A stretch of DNA of 32,000 bases. It comes from Desulfocapsa sulfexigens DSM 10523. GTDB lineage: Bacteria; Desulfobacterota; Desulfobulbia; Desulfobulbales; Desulfocapsaceae. Below, piece after piece: positions 26,590-32,000 of the stretch. The position numbers were made by a program, and so were the translations under genes. The notes below the pieces were generated by a model. It had not been told where the DNA came from, made no database searches, and saw nothing but the letters and a program-made list of their open reading frames with translations. Where the stretch lies: assembly GCF_000341395.1 (NCBI RefSeq), contig NC_020304.1:3030001-3062000 (forward strand). Reading direction: 5' to 3'. Positions within the stretch are counted from its first letter, which is position 1. The number at the start of each line of letters is the position of its first letter.

Positions 26590-27486
26590 ATGAGCGAATC
26601 AGTATTGGAAACAAATTATGAAGGTCTCGAGCTTGTACATCGTGGAAAAGTACGGGATATGTACGCAATACCTGGGCATGATGACAAACTGTTGATGGTA
26701 GCAACTGATCGTATTTCTGCTTTCGATGTGGTAATTGATGCAATTCCAGGCAAGGGAAAAGTATTAACACAACTGTCCCTCTTCTGGTTTGATCTGCTTG
26801 GTGATGTCGTAGATAACCATCTCATTACAGCCGATGTCAGCGAATATCCGGAGGCCTGCCAGCCATATGCTGCCGAGCTTGATGGTCGGTCAATGCTTGT
26901 CCACAAAACACAGCCTTTGAGTGTTGAATGTATTGTCCGAGGATACATTTCCGGATCATTTTGGAAGGCCTACCAGAAAAATACAACAGTCTGCGGCTTT
27001 GCCTTTCCTGACGACCTGCAGGAATCAGACAAATTGCCTGAGGTGATTTTTACTCCTTCAACAAAGGCTGATCTTGGTGATCACGATGAGAATATTTCAG
27101 TGAATACCATGGAAGAGCTTCTTGGTAAGGAAATGACCCGGAAAATTTCTGATATCAGTATTGAACTGTATAGCAGGGCTGCTGATTTTGCACGATCGAA
27201 AGGAATTATCATCGCTGATACTAAGTTTGAACTGGGACTTCTCGGAGAAGAGAAAAAACTTATACTTATCGATGAGGTTCTGACTCCTGATTCTTCACGA
27301 TTCTGGCCACTCGATCAGTATAAACCTGGGAAAGGGCAACCAAGTTTCGATAAACAGTTTTTACGTGATTACCTGTCGTCACTTGATTGGGATAAGAATC
27401 CTCCGGCTCCTAAAGTTCCCCAGGATATTATAGATAAAACCAAGGCACGTTACGAAGAAGCACTGGAAAAAATCACCAAAGGCTGA
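26590..27486 (+). CDS. purC: Phosphoribosylaminoimidazole-succinocarboxamide synthase
   Basis: LELVHRGKVRDMYAIPGHDDKLLMVATDRISAFDVV, GYISGSFWKAYQ, LIDEVLTPDSSRFWP. Start taken at ATG 26590. Confidence 0.95.
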   Translation: MSESVLETNYEGLELVHRGKVRDMYAIPGHDDKLLMVATDRISAFDVVIDAIPGKGKVLTQLSLFWFDLLGDVVDNHLITADVSEYPEACQPYAAELDGRSMLVHKTQPLSVECIVRGYISGSFWKAYQKNTTVCGFAFPDDLQESDKLPEVIFTPSTKADLGDHDENISVNTMEELLGKEMTRKISDISIELYSRAADFARSKGIIIADTKFELGLLGEEKKLILIDEVLTPDSSRFWPLDQYKPGKGQPSFDKQFLRDYLSSLDWDKNPPAPKVPQDIIDKTKARYEEALEKITKG

Positions 27487-27555
27487 TTTTGGTATCAGGC
27501 AGGCACTCACAGGGAGTGTCTGCCTGAATCAGAATCTAAATCTCCATATCCTACC

Positions 27556-29883
27556 TTATCTTGCAACCAGTTTGTCAATAATCGCTATCAGCTGCTTAAA
27601 TGGAATGGGTTTGGTCAGGTAGCCATCCATTCCAGCAAGTTTACATTTTTGCTCGAAATCTGTTGTCGCCTGTGCTGTGAGTGCAATAATGGGGACGGAA
27701 AATTTGCCGGTTTCTTTTTCTTTCTTCCTGATAATCTCTGTGGCATCCAGACCGTTCAGAACCGGCATCTGGATATCCATTAGGATGATATCCGCATGGT
27801 TTTTTTCCATGAGATCAATCAGTTCCTGTCCGTTTTCGCACACAGTAACATCACACCCCTGTTCTTCTAGGTAGGCAGAAATTAAACGCTGGTTGATGAA
27901 TTCATCTTCAGCTAGAAAAACTCGAATTCCCAGTAGTTTTTTTAAGGGAGCGGTCGGGATGTTTTTTGTTTGTATCTCTGGCTCCTCTTTTCTGTCAATG
28001 TCGCAGAGTATGGTGAAATGAAATGTTGATCCTTTTTCGTTACTTTCACCAAGCCACAGCCGGCCACGCATGTGTTCAACAAATTCTGCACTTATGGCAA
28101 GGCCAAGGCCTATTCCATCGATGACTCGTTCTTTTTCGATATCCCCTCGATTGAATGCATCAAAGATTGTTTGTCTCGCTGTATCGGAAACGCCAATGCC
28201 ACTATCCCTCACAGTGAAGAGAAGTTCTACTTCTGTTTCTGAAGGGGTGGATTGTAGGGCTACGTTTAACTCAATAGTACCCTGTTTGCTGAATTTAATA
28301 CTGTTGCCTATAAGGTTGATCAGAATTTGTCTGATTCGACCTCCATCCCCAATGAGTTTGTCAGGGATATCACTTTCCAGGGTGGAAGTAATAAGGATGT
28401 CTTTGTCATTAGTCTGAATACGCATTAATGTAACCACTTCAGTGATAACTTGAGAGAGGGAGAAGGGGGCGTGGTGTAGGTGGAATTTTCCCGATTCTAT
28501 ATGGGAAAGATCAAGGATTGAGTCAACAACAGTCTGAAGTTGTTGGCCTGAAACCTTTGCCATTGACAGTAACTGTTTCTGTTCAGTACTGAGAGATCCT
28601 TTTTCGAACATGTCAAAGATTGCCAGAAGAGCATGGAGAGGTGATCGTATTTCATGACTCATGTTGGCGAGAAATATAGATTTTGCCTGATTGGCTTTTT
28701 CTGCATTAACCTTTGCTTGGATAGCTGATTTTTCCTCGTTCCTCCGTCTCTTAACCTCTTCCTCTAGAGAACTGTTTGCCTCCTGGAGTCTCAGATTCAA
28801 AGTATTCATGGCATTTGCCAGCTTCTGGAATTCGGTATCTGCGGGTGGGGAAATAATAATGTTTTTTCCCTGCAACAGAGTGGTGGATTCGTTGGCAAGA
28901 AGCTGCAAAGGTTCTATTATCTTTTTATTGGTTGTCCAGCCAACAAGTGTCGAGAGGAGGAGGAGTAACAGAATGAAAAATCCTAACAGAAGGAAAGATG
29001 GTTTTTCGGAACTGCCGGATTTGAGGGCTTCAATTTTTGCGACAATATGGAAAAGTTCGCCGTGAAAATCTAGAGAGGACATTGCGGAGACATAGGATGT
29101 GTTGTCTATAACTACGGTGCCGTTCCACTGCTGATCAGAAGGAAAAGAAGTGGGTGATGAACTATTTTGAGGGGTCTGGGAAAGAACTTTTCCATCCTTA
29201 CTCAAAATGAGAACATTGATGTCAGGAGGAAGAATGCTTTTCTGCAGGAATTGCTGCAATTGGTCATAGGGTAGAAGGGCGGAAAGAACACCAGCAACAG
29301 ATGAATTGTTAAGAAATTTTACAGGTTGACAAATTGCTAGCACCGGGAAAGTGCCATCTTCTATAGTCAGCTGAGTAACATAGGGTTTCCCGGAATGGTA
29401 AGGAGTTTGAAAGAGTGCAGGGTTTTGAGTCAGGCAGGGAGGGGGAGGGATCTTCTCAATTGTATTATTGGAAACCTGATTCCTGATAATGCCGTCGGAA
29501 TCATAAAACACAATGGAAGAGAATGCTGAGTTACTATCTGTCAGAGTGGCGAGGAGATCATGTCGTTGATACTCTTTAGGGGCAATGTGTTCGATCTGCC
29601 GACCTATCAGTTCAAGACCATGGAGATTTCTATTGAGGAAAAGAGCTAACTGGCTTTTTATTTTTTTTGTAACACCTTGCAGCTGCAGTCTTACATGGGT
29701 GTCTCTGGTTTGATGATTTTGATGAAGAAAAAATACACCCATGAGCAACGCTTGTATAAGGGTTACGGCAATAAAAATAGAAAGTATGCGGGTGCGTATT
29801 GTTGTGTGCATCAGTGGATGATTCAAGAACCAGCCTTTTTGTGAATTTGAAAAGCATAAACGTTTGGTCATTATACCTAACAA
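27556..29883 (-). CDS. Hybrid sensor histidine kinase with C-terminal receiver domain
   Basis: Two TM segments around an extracytoplasmic Cache-like region, HAMP-like segment, KSIFLANMSHEIRSPLHALL (H box), GIGLGLAISAEFVEHMRGRLW, receiver IILMDIQMPVLNG...ALTAQ. Confidence 0.93.
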   Translation of the reverse strand: MLGIMTKRLCFSNSQKGWFLNHPLMHTTIRTRILSIFIAVTLIQALLMGVFFLHQNHQTRDTHVRLQLQGVTKKIKSQLALFLNRNLHGLELIGRQIEHIAPKEYQRHDLLATLTDSNSAFSSIVFYDSDGIIRNQVSNNTIEKIPPPPCLTQNPALFQTPYHSGKPYVTQLTIEDGTFPVLAICQPVKFLNNSSVAGVLSALLPYDQLQQFLQKSILPPDINVLILSKDGKVLSQTPQNSSSPTSFPSDQQWNGTVVIDNTSYVSAMSSLDFHGELFHIVAKIEALKSGSSEKPSFLLLGFFILLLLLLSTLVGWTTNKKIIEPLQLLANESTTLLQGKNIIISPPADTEFQKLANAMNTLNLRLQEANSSLEEEVKRRRNEEKSAIQAKVNAEKANQAKSIFLANMSHEIRSPLHALLAIFDMFEKGSLSTEQKQLLSMAKVSGQQLQTVVDSILDLSHIESGKFHLHHAPFSLSQVITEVVTLMRIQTNDKDILITSTLESDIPDKLIGDGGRIRQILINLIGNSIKFSKQGTIELNVALQSTPSETEVELLFTVRDSGIGVSDTARQTIFDAFNRGDIEKERVIDGIGLGLAISAEFVEHMRGRLWLGESNEKGSTFHFTILCDIDRKEEPEIQTKNIPTAPLKKLLGIRVFLAEDEFINQRLISAYLEEQGCDVTVCENGQELIDLMEKNHADIILMDIQMPVLNGLDATEIIRKKEKETGKFSVPIIALTAQATTDFEQKCKLAGMDGYLTKPIPFKQLIAIIDKLVAR

Positions 29884-30097
29884 AGGAAGAAAGTCGAATA
29901 AAAACAGTTGAAGAAGGTGGTGGGGGAATGGGGACTTACTTTATAAAGGTGGTGCATGAAGAGTTGTTTTTTTATAGAGTGAAGTAGAGAGTTTCTGAAA
30001 ATTCACCTTATATGCAAATGGCACCATGAAATTTGCTGTTGCTCTGTCTAGGTTCTTGATAAAAGATTTTATCCCCATTCACAACTAGGAATGTGTT

Positions 30098-32000
30098 ATG
30101 ACAAATCCTGTTTTTATGGAAATCAATACTCGTAAGTGTTTTCATGCGAATGGTAAGGAGTATAGCTTCTATTCACTTCCTGCGTTGCAAAAAGTCGGCT
30201 TTGAAAACATAGATCGTTTGCCCTTCTCCATTCGCATACTTCTTGAAAATCAGTTGCGTCACCTCAGCAAGGGGATGGTAACCGAAGAAAATATTATTAA
30301 CCTGGCATCCTGGCGTCCAGAGACACGGGAATTGCAGTCCATTCCATTTATGCCAGGGCGCGTTGTTTTGCAGGATTTTACCGGCGTTCCAGCAGTTGTT
30401 GACTTGGCAGCTCTTCGATCTGCCTTTGCCAGGCAGGGGAGAGATCCAGAAAAGATGAATCCTTTTATTCCAGCCGATCTCATAATTGACCACTCCATTC
30501 AAGTTGATCGCTCTGGTGATAAAAATGCTCTCTCCTATAATGTACACCAGGAATTTGCACGAAACCGTGAACGCTATACTATGCTTCGTTGGGGGCAGAA
30601 GGCTTTCTCAAATTTCCATGTCATACCACCGGGCACAGGAATTGTGCATCAGGTCAACCTTGAGTATCTTGCTTCCGTAGTCCGGGTTCAAGGGAAGGGC
30701 AGAGAGGCAATGGCTTATTCAGATACTGTCATCGGGACAGACTCACATACAACAATGATTAACGGTCTTGGGGTTCTTGGGTGGGGAGTTGGAGGTATTG
30801 AGGCAGAGGCTGTACTCCTGGGACAACCATATTCCATGCAGATTCCGGAAGTTGTTGGGGTGAAATTGATAGGCAGGTTGAAGGAAGGAATAACAGCAAC
30901 TGATCTTGTACTTACTATTACCGAGTTTTTACGTAGTAAGGGAGTTGTTGGCAGGTTTGTCGAATTTGTTGGTTCTGGTGCAGAACAGCTTAGCCTCTCG
31001 GATAGGGCAACTATCGCGAATATGGCTCCGGAATACGGAGCAACGATGGGCTTTTTCCCTGTTGACCAGGAAACACTTCGATATCTCTCTGCAAGCGGCA
31101 GGAGCTCAAGGCTGGTTACCCTTGTGGAGAGATATAATAAGGAGCAGGGTCTTTTTCTCTCCCAGACCACTCCGGAGCCAGAGTACAGTGTTGTGTATGA
31201 GATCCAGCTCGATCGAGTTGGAACAAGTCTCGCAGGCCCGCGTAAACCTCAGGAACGGATACCATTGTCAGCCATGAGTGAATCCTTTAAGGCTCTGTTG
31301 ACAGATAGAGTTACAGAGGATGATGGAGTGAAAGCTGGCAGTTGTGACCACGATGCTGAAGGTCGCTTTGAAAAAAATGGTGACCAGCTACCTATCAAAG
31401 ATGGTTCTGTGGTAATTGCAGCGATCACCAGTTGTACCAATACATCAAATCCTGCAGTTATGATTGGAGCAGGACTTCTTGCTCAAAAGGCTGCAGAACA
31501 AGGATTGCAGACAAAGCCATGGGTGAAAACCAGCATGGCACCTGGCTCCATGGTTGTCAGTCATTACCTTGAAAAAAGCGGACTTTTGAGTCCATTGGAA
31601 CATTTTGGGTTTCATGTTGTCGGTTACGGATGCACTACCTGTATTGGTAACAGCGGTCCACTTGATACTAAAATGTCTGATGTTATAAAGGATAAAGAGT
31701 TGCTGGTTGCTGCGGTCTTAAGTGGCAACCGGAATTTCGAAGCCCGTATCCATCCCCTGGTTCATGCTAATTATCTTTGTTCACCACAGCTCGTTGTTGC
31801 TTATGCAATTGCGGGCACGGTTATGATCGATTTTGACAGTCAACCTCTTGGAAGAAAACCGGATGGAACTCCTGTGTATCTTCGTGATATCTGGCCAAGC
31901 AATAAAGAAATCGAGACATTGGTGGCTGAGGTAGTCACACCCGCCTTGTTTACAGCAGGTTACGAAAATGTTTTCTCTGGTAACGAAACATGGAATGATC
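30098..32000 (+). CDS. acnA: Aconitate hydratase, partial at window edge
   Basis: From ATG 30098: ...YSDTVIGTDSHTTMINGLGVLGWGVGGIEAEAVLLGQPYSMQIPEVVGVKL, AAITSCTNTSNPAVMIGAGLLAQKA, VVGYGCTTCIGNSGPL. Open to window end, so absent from the ORF track. Confidence 0.94.
   Translation, partial: MTNPVFMEINTRKCFHANGKEYSFYSLPALQKVGFENIDRLPFSIRILLENQLRHLSKGMVTEENIINLASWRPETRELQSIPFMPGRVVLQDFTGVPAVVDLAALRSAFARQGRDPEKMNPFIPADLIIDHSIQVDRSGDKNALSYNVHQEFARNRERYTMLRWGQKAFSNFHVIPPGTGIVHQVNLEYLASVVRVQGKGREAMAYSDTVIGTDSHTTMINGLGVLGWGVGGIEAEAVLLGQPYSMQIPEVVGVKLIGRLKEGITATDLVLTITEFLRSKGVVGRFVEFVGSGAEQLSLSDRATIANMAPEYGATMGFFPVDQETLRYLSASGRSSRLVTLVERYNKEQGLFLSQTTPEPEYSVVYEIQLDRVGTSLAGPRKPQERIPLSAMSESFKALLTDRVTEDDGVKAGSCDHDAEGRFEKNGDQLPIKDGSVVIAAITSCTNTSNPAVMIGAGLLAQKAAEQGLQTKPWVKTSMAPGSMVVSHYLEKSGLLSPLEHFGFHVVGYGCTTCIGNSGPLDTKMSDVIKDKELLVAAVLSGNRNFEARIHPLVHANYLCSPQLVVAYAIAGTVMIDFDSQPLGRKPDGTPVYLRDIWPSNKEIETLVAEVVTPALFTAGYENVFSGNETWND

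Noticed and set aside
30173-31170. Minus-strand ORFs of 124 and 151 aa near the right edge
   Set aside because: Antisense to aconitase, whose real frame is open to the window end and therefore missing from the ORF track.
1-32000. CRISPR array
   Set aside because: No regularly spaced short repeats with unique spacers were seen; the repeats present are hairpins, attC arms, the 138-bp pair and the RAYT borders.

Overview
Two blocks are visible. Positions ~2.1-15.0 kb are an accessory island; the flanks look like core genome of an anaerobic, possibly Desulfobulbales-like bacterium (taxon is inference). Left flank, minus strand: a membrane-fusion protein and a TolC-like protein. Right flank: tRNA-Glu(CTC), an NADPH-dependent flavoprotein, malQ, rpoD, a futalosine menaquinone cluster (mqnE, mqnC, amidohydrolase, mqnA, ubiX-like, prenyltransferase), a DUF3108-like protein, adk, purC, a hybrid histidine kinase and acnA. 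The island contains: (1) a complete retron locus on the minus strand (PRTase-like effector, winged-helix-like protein, msr-msd ncRNA with a readable a1/a2 pair and two long stems, RT), resembling type III retrons as I recall them; (2) a decayed chromosomal integron with an intI pseudogene, an attI-like leader, and gene cassettes with complementary R'/R'' ends. The cassettes are a DUF6338-like gene plus acidic small ORF, a 4-TM protein, and a two-gene SIR2-HerA type defence system; (3) a group II intron inserted at the base of an attC hairpin; (4) a Y1/RAYT transposase gene bracketed by a perfect 16-bp inverted repeat; (5) an IS66 remnant whose terminus creates the premature stop of HerA. The least ordinary signal is a 138-bp element present in two direct copies (~93% identical). 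One copy lies between the intI remnant and cassette 1, the other just upstream of the retron operon. Both copies end at a GTT where integron recombination would occur, which suggests the retron may have been placed behind a duplicated attI.
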